From Verrucomicrobiota bacterium (lineage in GTDB: Bacteria > Verrucomicrobiota > Verrucomicrobiia > Verrucomicrobiales > DEV007): a stretch of DNA of 64,000 bases. This document shows, piece after piece, positions 57,801-64,000 of the stretch. The position numbers and the translations under genes are program-made. Each line of letters begins with the position of its first letter. Within the stretch, counting starts at the first letter, position 1. The stretch lies in the NCBI GenBank assembly GCA_045046875.1, contig JASFYY010000133.1, positions 1 to 64,000 on the forward strand, in the 5' to 3' direction. Below the pieces are notes generated by a model. That model was not told where the DNA came from and made no database searches. It worked only from the letters and a program-made list of their open reading frames with translations.

Positions 57801-59036
57801 AGGGGCGCTGGCAAGCCAGGAGGCGACTTGGATCATTTGCGGGGCCACCATCTCCTTTCCGTCGTCAGTGGGAAGGCAAAGAAGATGTAGGAGTTCGGTG
57901 GAGGGCAAGCTTTCAACATACTCAGCTGCCAATAATTCAGCAAAAGTGTGGTGAGCGAATTTGACGGCAGGGGCAGGAGCTTCAAGACTGGTTCCAAATG
58001 GCTCGAAAAGATTGCTCTGAGCCAATGACTCAATTTCAAATTGGCTAATATCAAAAGTTTTCCCAATATCAAGTATTTCTGCTGACCGCTTCCCGAGAAC
58101 ATCCGAGTAAGTAAGATGCGCCGGATCAGAAGATCGATCTGATAATACGAGGGCGCTTTTCCCACTGAACATAAACATTGCTGCTATTCGACGTGCCAGC
58201 TGGATTTTTTCTTTCTTACTGGCATTCCCTAGTAAAGATTGGGTTCGTCTTTTTCGCTTGGAGTCCCATTCGTCGATCAACCGTTTGATGGAGTTTTTGT
58301 AAAACTCCCGACGAGTGCCTGCCAAACTCCCTGATTTTTCAAACTGTTCCAAGAGCATATTCAATGTCATCGGCCATCTTGCCAATGGGATTGCATCGTT
58401 CTTAACAATTTCGTCAAAAAAAGTATCGGCATCCGAATCAGCCGCCAATTTGACATCGTGTCGTCGCAAAGGACAAAGTTCAAAAACGATCTGCTTCCCT
58501 TCGCTGCCCCATAGACGCGCGAGAGTATTCCCTGTCTCGGGTTCCCATGCTGCCGAGCGACATGACAAAACCAAGCGAAGTGTCTCGAGTTGTTGGTATT
58601 TCAACAGTCCTATTAGACTATTGAGTAGAGTTTTCTCACGTAGTAGAGCCTCATCAAGAGCGTCGATTATGAGGATGATTTCCTTCCCTGATTCCTGGCT
58701 TTTTTTCCAGAGCGGGAGGCGAGTAGTCAGATCGGCTAAATTTGATCCCGTGCCGAATTGGCTCGCATGGTAGAAGAGCAGTGTTTGATTTGGCGTGATG
58801 TTTGTTTCTATCTTCTGCCGGAGCCTTTCGAGTTCAGATGTTTTGCCGCTTCCTGGAGGGCCGCATAGAACGAGCACCTGAGACCTGTTAAACAGATCTT
58901 CGATAACTTGACAGTCTTGGTTGTGAAGTTGTAGTCCATCGGTGTTCGGGTCGACGAAAAAGCCTTCACCGTCTTCTCCGCAGAAGATGGCTGAATTTTG
59001 TGAATGCCAGTATCTGGGCCAGTCGAACTTTTCCAT
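54852..59036 (-). CDS. NACHT/STAND NTPase with HEAT-like middle region and C-terminal PD-(D/E)XK nuclease-like domain
   Basis: Walker A GPPGSGKT, Walker B LIIDALDE, sensor LSCR, FAHHTFAELLAA; C-terminal E..NREV...RVDL...IEIKR...QL..RY...GIYLVGWF. Confidence 0.8.
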   Translation of the reverse strand: MEKFDWPRYWHSQNSAIFCGEDGEGFFVDPNTDGLQLHNQDCQVIEDLFNRSQVLVLCGPPGSGKTSELERLRQKIETNITPNQTLLFYHASQFGTGSNLADLTTRLPLWKKSQESGKEIILIIDALDEALLREKTLLNSLIGLLKYQQLETLRLVLSCRSAAWEPETGNTLARLWGSEGKQIVFELCPLRRHDVKLAADSDADTFFDEIVKNDAIPLARWPMTLNMLLEQFEKSGSLAGTRREFYKNSIKRLIDEWDSKRKRRTQSLLGNASKKEKIQLARRIAAMFMFSGKSALVLSDRSSDPAHLTYSDVLGKRSAEILDIGKTFDISQFEIESLAQSNLFEPFGTSLEAPAPAVKFAHHTFAELLAAEYVESLPSTELLHLLCLPTDDGKEMVAPQMIQVASWLASAPDNELFFELLLQHHPETLLQADLSLYSVGQKESLVRRLIDIAETQDPGPSRSISSLSHTITFPGLSDILRPVILDSSRNHWVRQFSLEFARKCQLSDLDSALWEILERPHDEMRRDAGYALSVIEKNPQPWKKKLLQLAAGELVSDTDDTLKGIALRLLVPTCISVRETIPYLTYPKEESFFGSYQAFLYRQLPGYLLPEDLPDSIEFLSSLRACFDSLSPFQKFADRVFEMACDNLDQPEIAIPLVEMWLAKARKFQPLPKVADQSEIASVFSDSAQVNTFVSTALNHPDTKVEDVVLLLGYLSQMDLGWLLEQLSSALESRRKIWAMAIRFHTGSESREKYRALLQQSYKQYPEIRDRFPPITKAGLDLHDTMLRFERAGELHLTRRREQSARRQKARSNKNPTWQNMFEEGLEQCRGGHAYGWVNVIPPLLAKADSLNFTSLDIDSAPLFANLSIKDKSLLRTTAKKFLLEFNDKRNKEEQRTNGSNAAYHAVRWLRDELNDDEKLNAAVREKWIAALIDYSSNAEDEHKEMVKLAFELNPSECRKWLKTMLERRLNDESEGWFSDFHAFNQIWDRAFSELLAEILSSPSIKPQSMRDGLMFLIKNDRSAAIDFAQAFLQRLQNSCTNLKSPSDRAFAGTALLILHSEMWTQIWPLIASDLESTRKLFLENVSDFDLRSFTFLSSLDSDQIADLYLLLIHLFPPSDDPPLSREATFVTPEDECISLRGDCTRELTRRGDTEQLGRILNHLTPDQEGGIRWQLHEATQNKNRLEWSPIACKDLLKLVQHSHASLVRNGDDLQAVILYSLEHFQENLQRQNISRVWDGDSPKREEILSHEIEQWLSRDLKGITVNREVVVNRLNQRVDLKVEALPHDSSGENLITVIIEIKRAHDNRITKSNILESIKEQLIERYLNSEPEWSHGIYLVGWFKSKGRWEKPQFLKSKLPKGARSELRKYCDKATQQSGNKIASFLLDCSFPK

Positions 59037-59044
59037 CTTTTTCT

Positions 59045-59103
59045 AAAATACTCCAATAGAGCTAATTTTTCAAGTTGCTCTATTCGCGAATTGCGAATAC
59101 AAT
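59045..59103. promoter_or_regulatory. Back-to-back sigma70 promoters with a palindromic operator candidate
   Basis: Plus strand: TTGCTC (59075-80), N17, TACAAT (59098-103), 6 nt, ATG 59110. Minus strand: TTGAAA (59073-68), N17, TATTTT (59050-45), 8 nt, ATG 59036. The IR TATTCGC-GAATT-GCGAATA (59081-59099) fills the plus-strand spacer. Confidence 0.7.
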
Positions 59104-59109
59104 AGGTTT

Positions 59110-59679
59110 ATGCTGAAGCCACAAGACATTTTGGTGGTATTAAAACTGATTGTTCAGAACCGTAGTGCAGAGCGGCTTTCCTTTGCGGGTCTTGCAGAAT
59201 CGCTGGGAATAAGCGCGTCTGAAACACATGCTGCGGTTAAGCGGGCAATGAAGTGTCATTTGCTCCAGCATTCCACGCATCTTCGAAATCACTCTAATTT
59301 TCCTGCACCGGTGGCCAGTCAATTGATTCGCTTCATTCAGGGAGGGGTGGCCTACGTGTTTCCTGCAGAAAAAGGAGGATTGGCATACGGTCTGCCCACA
59401 AGCATTGGTAGCCATCCTTTGAATGAACAATTCGTTATAGCAACTGATGAATTGCTACCCGTGTGGCCAGATCGAGAAAGCGGTATCAAGGGGTTGATAT
59501 TGAAGCCTCTTTACAAGAGTTGCCCGACAGCTGCTCGGAACGATTCCAAATTATATGAACTACTGAGTCTGGTCGATGCCATTCGAGACGATGAAGTGCG
59601 TTTGCGTCAAGTCGCGACTGCTGAATTTGAGAAAACTATTCGGCAACTGGAAAGAAATCCCCCACTGGCAATCTCATGA
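59110..59679 (+). CDS. HTH protein, putative AbiEi-like antitoxin/autoregulator
   Basis: MLKPQDILVVLKL...LAESLGISASETHAAVKR HTH; YVFP, G.PT, VWP, PLY.S.P and LSLVDAIR motifs; ATGA overlap with the nucleotidyltransferase gene. Confidence 0.7.
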   Translation: MLKPQDILVVLKLIVQNRSAERLSFAGLAESLGISASETHAAVKRAMKCHLLQHSTHLRNHSNFPAPVASQLIRFIQGGVAYVFPAEKGGLAYGLPTSIGSHPLNEQFVIATDELLPVWPDRESGIKGLILKPLYKSCPTAARNDSKLYELLSLVDAIRDDEVRLRQVATAEFEKTIRQLERNPPLAIS

Positions 59680-60368
59680 GCACGACTAAAGAGGCGGTCA
59701 TAGAAATTTTATTGCCAGTAGTGGAGCGCTTAGAGGATGCAGAGATTCCATTTGTGTTGATTGGAGGGATCACTGTGCCGTTTTACTTTTCTGATTTAAG
59801 CATCGATCATTTTCGACCGACAAAAGATGTCGATGTGATTGTAGCCGCTACTCAGTTTCTGAGATTTGAACAGGTGGAAGAAAAGCTCAGGCGTGTTGGT
59901 TTTCGGAATCACCCGGAAGTTATTCACAGGTGGCTTCTTGGTGCAACTTTAGTCGATATTATGCCTGCGTCTTCGGATTTGATGGACACAATAAACCGAT
60001 GGTATCCGATTACTTTTGCAACTGCCGAACCATTTGAACTCTCGCCGGCGCAAGCGGCATTGATGGCGAGCCCCGCCTGTTTTCTGGCAACCAAAATGGA
60101 AGCGTTTGCCAACCGAGGTGGGGGTGACTTTCTAGGCAGTCATGACTTGGAAGATATTGTCTCCGTGATAGATGGACGGCCTGCGATTGTAGAGGAAGTC
60201 GAAAGCCGATGTCCATTTGAGGTTCGGGAGTTTATTCGAGATACGACAAAGAGATTCTTGAGTAATCACGATTTCATGGATGCGTTGGAAGGTCATCTCC
60301 CTCAGGAACACCGGGAGCCGAAACGTTTGCAAGCTCTGATCGAGAGAATGCAGAGGCTGTCTTCGTAG
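59676..60368 (+). CDS. Nucleotidyltransferase, AbiEii/DUF1814-like (type IV toxin fold)
   Basis: VLIGG...RPTKDVDV (GG and DxD), VDIMP, LATKMEAF..RG, HDLEDI. Confidence 0.75.
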   Translation: MSTTKEAVIEILLPVVERLEDAEIPFVLIGGITVPFYFSDLSIDHFRPTKDVDVIVAATQFLRFEQVEEKLRRVGFRNHPEVIHRWLLGATLVDIMPASSDLMDTINRWYPITFATAEPFELSPAQAALMASPACFLATKMEAFANRGGGDFLGSHDLEDIVSVIDGRPAIVEEVESRCPFEVREFIRDTTKRFLSNHDFMDALEGHLPQEHREPKRLQALIERMQRLSS

Positions 60369-60377
60369 ACCAATAAT

Positions 60378-60400
60378 GACAGGTTAAAAACCTGCCCTAC
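60378..60400 (-). repeat. Single GTAG-type REP-like hairpin
   Basis: Minus strand GTAG-GGCAGGTT-TTT-AACCTGTC (8-bp stem with one G-T pair), 10 nt after the NTase stop. Confidence 0.55.
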
Positions 60401-60472
60401 ATTGAGCTGGATTTTGGCCTGTTCTTACTTATTGTATTTTTTCAACAACGCACCCTCAAATCAAAACACCCC

Positions 60473-61108
60473 ATGAAAAAAATAAAATTAATCACCACGG
60501 CTTTTTGCACTGTTCTTGGCTTTAGTCTGATCGGCTATTCGTTGGCCGCTGACAAAGGCGATTCCAAATTAGCTTGGAAATCTGTGTTCGATGGTAAATC
60601 CCTTGCGGGTTGGCATCAGGTTGGGGACGGGGACTGGGTGATTGAAGAAGGAGCGATTACTGGGAAAACGCAGAGCGCTGCCAAGCTTTATGGCTTGCTG
60701 GTTTCTGATAAAAAATACAAAAACCTGCGGGTGAAGTTTACTTTTAAATCGCTTGAAGGGAACAGCGGTTTTTATGTCCGTGCTCATGTTGAAAAGCCGG
60801 ATAAGGCCCATGGCTTACAGGTGGAGGTGGATCCACGCAATAATACCGGAGGCATTTATGAGAGTTACGGTCGTGCCTGGGTGAGTAAGCCTGATGAAGC
60901 GCTGGTCAAAAAGGCGTTCAAACATGATGAGTGGAACGAGATGGAAATTTTGGCTGATGGCGGGCATATTGTCACCTGGCTCAATGGAGTTCAGATTGCT
61001 GAATCCAAGAATGATCCTGTGCTTGAGGCGGGGCATCTCATCATGCAAATGCACTCGGGCAACAAGTTGTTGGTGAGGTTTAAGGATATCCAGGTGGTGG
61101 AGTTGTAA
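60473..61108 (+). CDS. DUF1080 (3-keto-disaccharide hydrolase family) secreted protein
   Basis: WKSVFDGKSLAGW, GNSGFY, GLQVE, TGGIY, EWN, LIMQMH...FKDI. Confidence 0.9.
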   Translation: MKKIKLITTAFCTVLGFSLIGYSLAADKGDSKLAWKSVFDGKSLAGWHQVGDGDWVIEEGAITGKTQSAAKLYGLLVSDKKYKNLRVKFTFKSLEGNSGFYVRAHVEKPDKAHGLQVEVDPRNNTGGIYESYGRAWVSKPDEALVKKAFKHDEWNEMEILADGGHIVTWLNGVQIAESKNDPVLEAGHLIMQMHSGNKLLVRFKDIQVVEL

Positions 61109-61114
61109 ACGGAG

Positions 61115-61344
61115 CCACGAAAATATTTTTTACTACCACGAAAAACACGAAAGGCACGAAAAAAGAGGGGATGAGTTAAGAGGGGGATGAGTTAAGAGGG
61201 GGGCTTTGTGGGGAAGTATATTTTTTGTCTTGTTGGGAGTTTTTATTTCCTCCTTCTTTTTCATATTCCTTTCGAGATTATTGACTACGTCTGTCTCCGC
61301 TTCGCTCCGGCTGTGTTTTTCGTGGTTAATCAATCTTCGTGGTT
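61115..61344. repeat. CACGAAA-unit inverted repeat pair downstream of the GxxExxY gene, with an internal tandem repeat
   Basis: TACTACCACGAAAAACACGAAAGGCACGAAAA (61131-61162) versus GTGTTTTTCGTGGTT (61313-61327) and CTTCGTGGTT (61335-61344); tandem AAGA(G4-6)ATGAGTT units at 61163-61203. Confidence 0.75.
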
Positions 61345-61751
61345 CAGAGGATGAATCTTTGCACAGTGGCTTTGGGCTGGCAGCCGAAATTGACCAGTAG
61401 GCCTAATCGAAGATCTGTGGATTTGAGGTAGTTCAGGATTTGGGCCTGGTGCTCAGGTACGATTTCTTTTACTGCTTTTAATTCCACTATAATTTTACCG
61501 TGGCAGATTAGATCGGGCTGGTATTTTTGTTTGAGCTCGCTTCCTTTGTAGCTCAAGGTTAATTCAGGTTGGGAAACAAATGGAATGTGGCGCTCTGCCA
61601 ACTCTCGTTCGAGGCATTCCTGGTAAACTACCTCTAGAAATCCACAGCCCATCTCTCGATAAACTTCGAAGACGGCGCCTTGGATTTGATAACATTCATC
61701 CTTATACAAAATTTTTTCATTGTTTATGGGTTTTACTACCACGAAAGGCAC
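61344..61751 (-). CDS. GxxExxY protein (PD-(D/E)XK nuclease-superfamily fold)
   Basis: GCGFLEVVYQECL, YQPDLIC, IIVELKAV, QILNYL, GLLVNFG. Start uncertain (GTG 61751 lies inside a repeat; TTG about 61709). Confidence 0.9.
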   Translation of the reverse strand: MPFVVVKPINNEKILYKDECYQIQGAVFEVYREMGCGFLEVVYQECLERELAERHIPFVSQPELTLSYKGSELKQKYQPDLICHGKIIVELKAVKEIVPEHQAQILNYLKSTDLRLGLLVNFGCQPKATVQRFIL

Positions 61752-61882
61752 GAAAAAGTATAATATAAAAGTTAGTTCATAAATAATTATCGTTGCGAGA
61801 TTTTGATTTTGGTTTGGCTGTCATAGGGTAAGTATTCCATTTTTTTTCTCTACTTTGGTGGATTTTGTGCCTTTCGTGGTTC
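61732..61882. repeat. CACGAAA-unit inverted repeat pair upstream of the GxxExxY gene
   Basis: TTTACTACCACGAAAGGCACGAAAAAG (61732-61758) versus TTTTGTGCCTTTCGTGGTT (61863-61881). Confidence 0.75.
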
Positions 61883-61906
61883 CATAAAATGTGTTTTCTT
61901 TGTCAG

Positions 61907-63292
61907 ATGAAAACAGAAAGGTTTCTGACTTATTTATTCGCTGTGGCAATGGGGCTGATGATGGTTTCTGTAGATGTTCTGGCGACAGACGGTCTACAGC
62001 TTGCAACCTTCCAGGTGGACATCACGCCGCCGGTTGGGGAGGGTGTCGGTCTCTTCGATAACAAAACGACGGAGGTCGAGCATCCGCTTTATGCGCGTGG
62101 GGTGGTGTTGAAAGATGGTGGCGGAACTTATGTTCTGTGTTCGCTCGATCTGGGAGGTTTGTGGAATGAAACCCATGCCCTGTTTCTCGACAAGCTTGCC
62201 AAGGCAGCGCAAACAGAGGCGCAGCATGTGGCGGTGCATTCGATCCACCAGCACACCGCTCCGTTTTTTGACGCCACGGCGGCCAGAATGCTTTATCAGG
62301 ATGACTTAAAAAAACAGGCGCTCGGACTCGACTACACAAAAGACGCGACAGACAAAATTGCTGTGGCGATCGAGAAGGCTATGCAGTCGATGCAAGTTGT
62401 CAGTCACGTGGGAACAGCAAAAGCAAAAGCCGAACGCGTTGCCTCCAATCGTCGCGTTCCCGGTCCGAATGGAACTTTGTTGACGCGTTACAGTGCGGTG
62501 CGGGAGGATGACAATTCGGACAAGGATGAGTTTTTGCGGAACGCGCCCGAGGGCTTGATTGATCCCTGGGTGCGTACGGTGACTTTTTACGACGGGGATA
62601 AAGCGCTGGTTCAAATGCACTATTACGCGATGCATCCGCAAACGGTGAAGGGGACAAAAATCACCTATGATGTGCCCGGTCTGGCTGTGGCTAAATTGCA
62701 AAAAGAAACCGGTGTGCCGCAGATGTATTTTACTGGCTGTGGGGGCAATCTGGCGATGGGGAAATACAATCGTGGGATTGTTGAAGACCGTGCGGCATTG
62801 GCGGAACGCTTGTATCAGGCAATGGCGCGTGCGGCGAAAAGTCGTGAGGACAAAGAAGTGGTGTCACCTATTATTTGGAGAAGCAAAGCAATCGACTTTC
62901 CATTGCGTGAGGAACCCGAATTTACGTTAGCTGCTCAGCAGAAAATCCTCAACGGTTCGAGTGCGGCTTCCGGTGCCCGGGCGAAAGCGGCCTTGCTGGT
63001 AGCTTGGATCGCACGGGTCAAGACTGGCAAGCCTATCAAAGCAAGCTGCCTGTCGATGGGCAAGCTGCGCTTGCTGCATTTACCAGGTGAGCCCTTTGTG
63101 CAGTTTCAATTGGCAGCGCAGAAAAGTGGGAGTGGTAATTTTGTTGCCACTGCGGCATTGGGTGAACTGGGTCCTTGTTATATTGGCGAAGATCGAATTT
63201 ACACCGATGTGGGTGGATATGAACAGTCCTATGCTTTTGCCGGGCCGTGTGAGGAGATGGTGAAGAAGGTCATTGCAAGACTGGTGAAGTAG
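61907..63292 (+). CDS. Neutral/alkaline ceramidase-like amidohydrolase (divergent, HQH motif)
   Basis: Signal peptide, DITPP, PLYARGVV, SIHQHTAP, SNRR, IDP, YAMHPQ, LPGEPF, GGYE. Confidence 0.75.
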   Translation: MKTERFLTYLFAVAMGLMMVSVDVLATDGLQLATFQVDITPPVGEGVGLFDNKTTEVEHPLYARGVVLKDGGGTYVLCSLDLGGLWNETHALFLDKLAKAAQTEAQHVAVHSIHQHTAPFFDATAARMLYQDDLKKQALGLDYTKDATDKIAVAIEKAMQSMQVVSHVGTAKAKAERVASNRRVPGPNGTLLTRYSAVREDDNSDKDEFLRNAPEGLIDPWVRTVTFYDGDKALVQMHYYAMHPQTVKGTKITYDVPGLAVAKLQKETGVPQMYFTGCGGNLAMGKYNRGIVEDRAALAERLYQAMARAAKSREDKEVVSPIIWRSKAIDFPLREEPEFTLAAQQKILNGSSAASGARAKAALLVAWIARVKTGKPIKASCLSMGKLRLLHLPGEPFVQFQLAAQKSGSGNFVATAALGELGPCYIGEDRIYTDVGGYEQSYAFAGPCEEMVKKVIARLVK

Positions 63293-63381
63293 GAGAGAGG
63301 TGGCGGGCTCTTGGAGGGTTAATAAATCGCCCTTGGTATTTAGCTAGGTTGGCAGCGAATGATGAAATTTGCTTGTATCAG

Positions 63382-63909
63382 TTAGCGTATTTGGAAGCTG
63401 TTTATTATGCTCAGATAATTCTGTTCGTTTGGTTTGGGGGCTGATTTCCCTTCTTTTAACTGAAACATAAATTGAACAAGTTTTCCGTTAATAACAAAGT
63501 AATAGTTTAGAAATTTTGATTTCACATCAGTGTTTTTCAAGGTGCTTAGAATAAGGGTTTTGTAGCCTTTGGCTCTATTGCCTTCTTTTAATGTGATGAG
63601 CTCAGGGTCGCTTAATAGTGAGTATTTGATGCCGCCTTTATCGTCTTTCAGGTAAGCATTCACCATTTCTACAATGATAGGTTTGATTTTTTTATTAGAG
63701 TATCCTGAATAATCACCTGAGAGTATTTGGATTAACCCTCGTTGGCCCTGGTTGTCGACATGATAAAACCCTTTGCTTCCGCTATCTTTTTGAATTGTGA
63801 AGTTATTTGGATAGTTAAATGATACGAGGTCATCAGAATAAGTGTCAGCGGGAAAGGCGTTGCCTGTCGCAATGCCTAACAGCCATGCAATTATAAAAAC
63901 CTTTTTCAT
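63382..63909 (-). CDS. AT-rich secreted hypothetical protein
   Basis: MKK-type signal peptide, 175 aa, Lys/Asn-rich; visibly more AT-rich than its neighbours. Confidence 0.6.
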   Translation of the reverse strand: MKKVFIIAWLLGIATGNAFPADTYSDDLVSFNYPNNFTIQKDSGSKGFYHVDNQGQRGLIQILSGDYSGYSNKKIKPIIVEMVNAYLKDDKGGIKYSLLSDPELITLKEGNRAKGYKTLILSTLKNTDVKSKFLNYYFVINGKLVQFMFQLKEGKSAPKPNEQNYLSIINSFQIR

Positions 63910-63921
63910 GGCAAGGGGGGA

Positions 63922-64000
63922 TTACAAATCCAGGATTTTGTCCATGCGTTGGGCGATGTCTGCCAGGCGGGTGCGGTCGCCGCCGCGGACTTCGGCGGTT
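63922..64000 (-). CDS. 3' end of a sugar phosphate isomerase/epimerase-like gene (partial)
   Basis: Hand translation ...TAEVRGGDRTRLADIAQRMDKILDL*, resembling the C-terminus of PVC TIM-barrel epimerases. Confidence 0.5.
   Translation of the reverse strand, partial: TAEVRGGDRTRLADIAQRMDKILDL

Noticed and set aside
61115..61882. CRISPR array
   Set aside because: The repeats are inverted, short, irregularly spaced and interrupted by a gene. There is no repeat-spacer periodicity and no cas gene.
1..64000. tRNA/rRNA genes, integrase or prophage genes
   Set aside because: None were recognised on either strand, so the accessory blocks have no visible att site or integrase.

Overview
Bacterial chromosomal DNA, very probably from a PVC-superphylum organism (Verrucomicrobia-like). 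The assignment rests on two PVC-type heme-binding CxxCH proteins, a DUF1549/DUF1553 + DUF1501 pair, several sulfatases and DUF1080 proteins. Layout: (1) 0-5.6 kb, a partial SGNH-type gene, then an ArsR regulator divergent from an atypical pstSCAB-like operon with no phoU. (2) 5.6-35.8 kb, an XylR-type regulator and a large secreted catabolic cluster: five neutral-ceramidase-like amidohydrolase domains (one fused to a sulfatase), two further sulfatase-family genes, two PVC heme proteins, DUF1080, a TAT TIM-barrel protein, two beta-helix proteins and an RraA/PLP pair. (3) 35.9-43.5 kb, an uncharacterised cluster of three zinc-ribbon proteins, a His-rich membrane protein and a ~1290-aa membrane protein with a possible internal signal peptide and a large C-terminal region. 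(4) 43.9-45.7 kb, an apparently intact IS3-family element next to an IS701 remnant. (5) 45.7-54.8 kb, a TAT metallo-beta-lactamase-fold enzyme with a COG0523 GTPase, YbaN, the DUF1549/1553-DUF1501 pair and a PL1-like lyase. (6) 54.9-60.4 kb, a candidate anti-phage module: a NACHT/STAND ATPase with a C-terminal PD-(D/E)XK-like domain, divergent from an HTH + AbiEii-like nucleotidyltransferase pair, with back-to-back promoters and a palindromic operator candidate. (7) 60.4-64 kb, DUF1080, a GxxExxY gene bracketed by two pairs of inverted CACGAAA repeats, a sixth ceramidase-like gene, an AT-rich orphan and a partial epimerase. No rRNA, tRNA or CRISPR array was seen. All family calls come from recognising motifs by eye, not from database searches.
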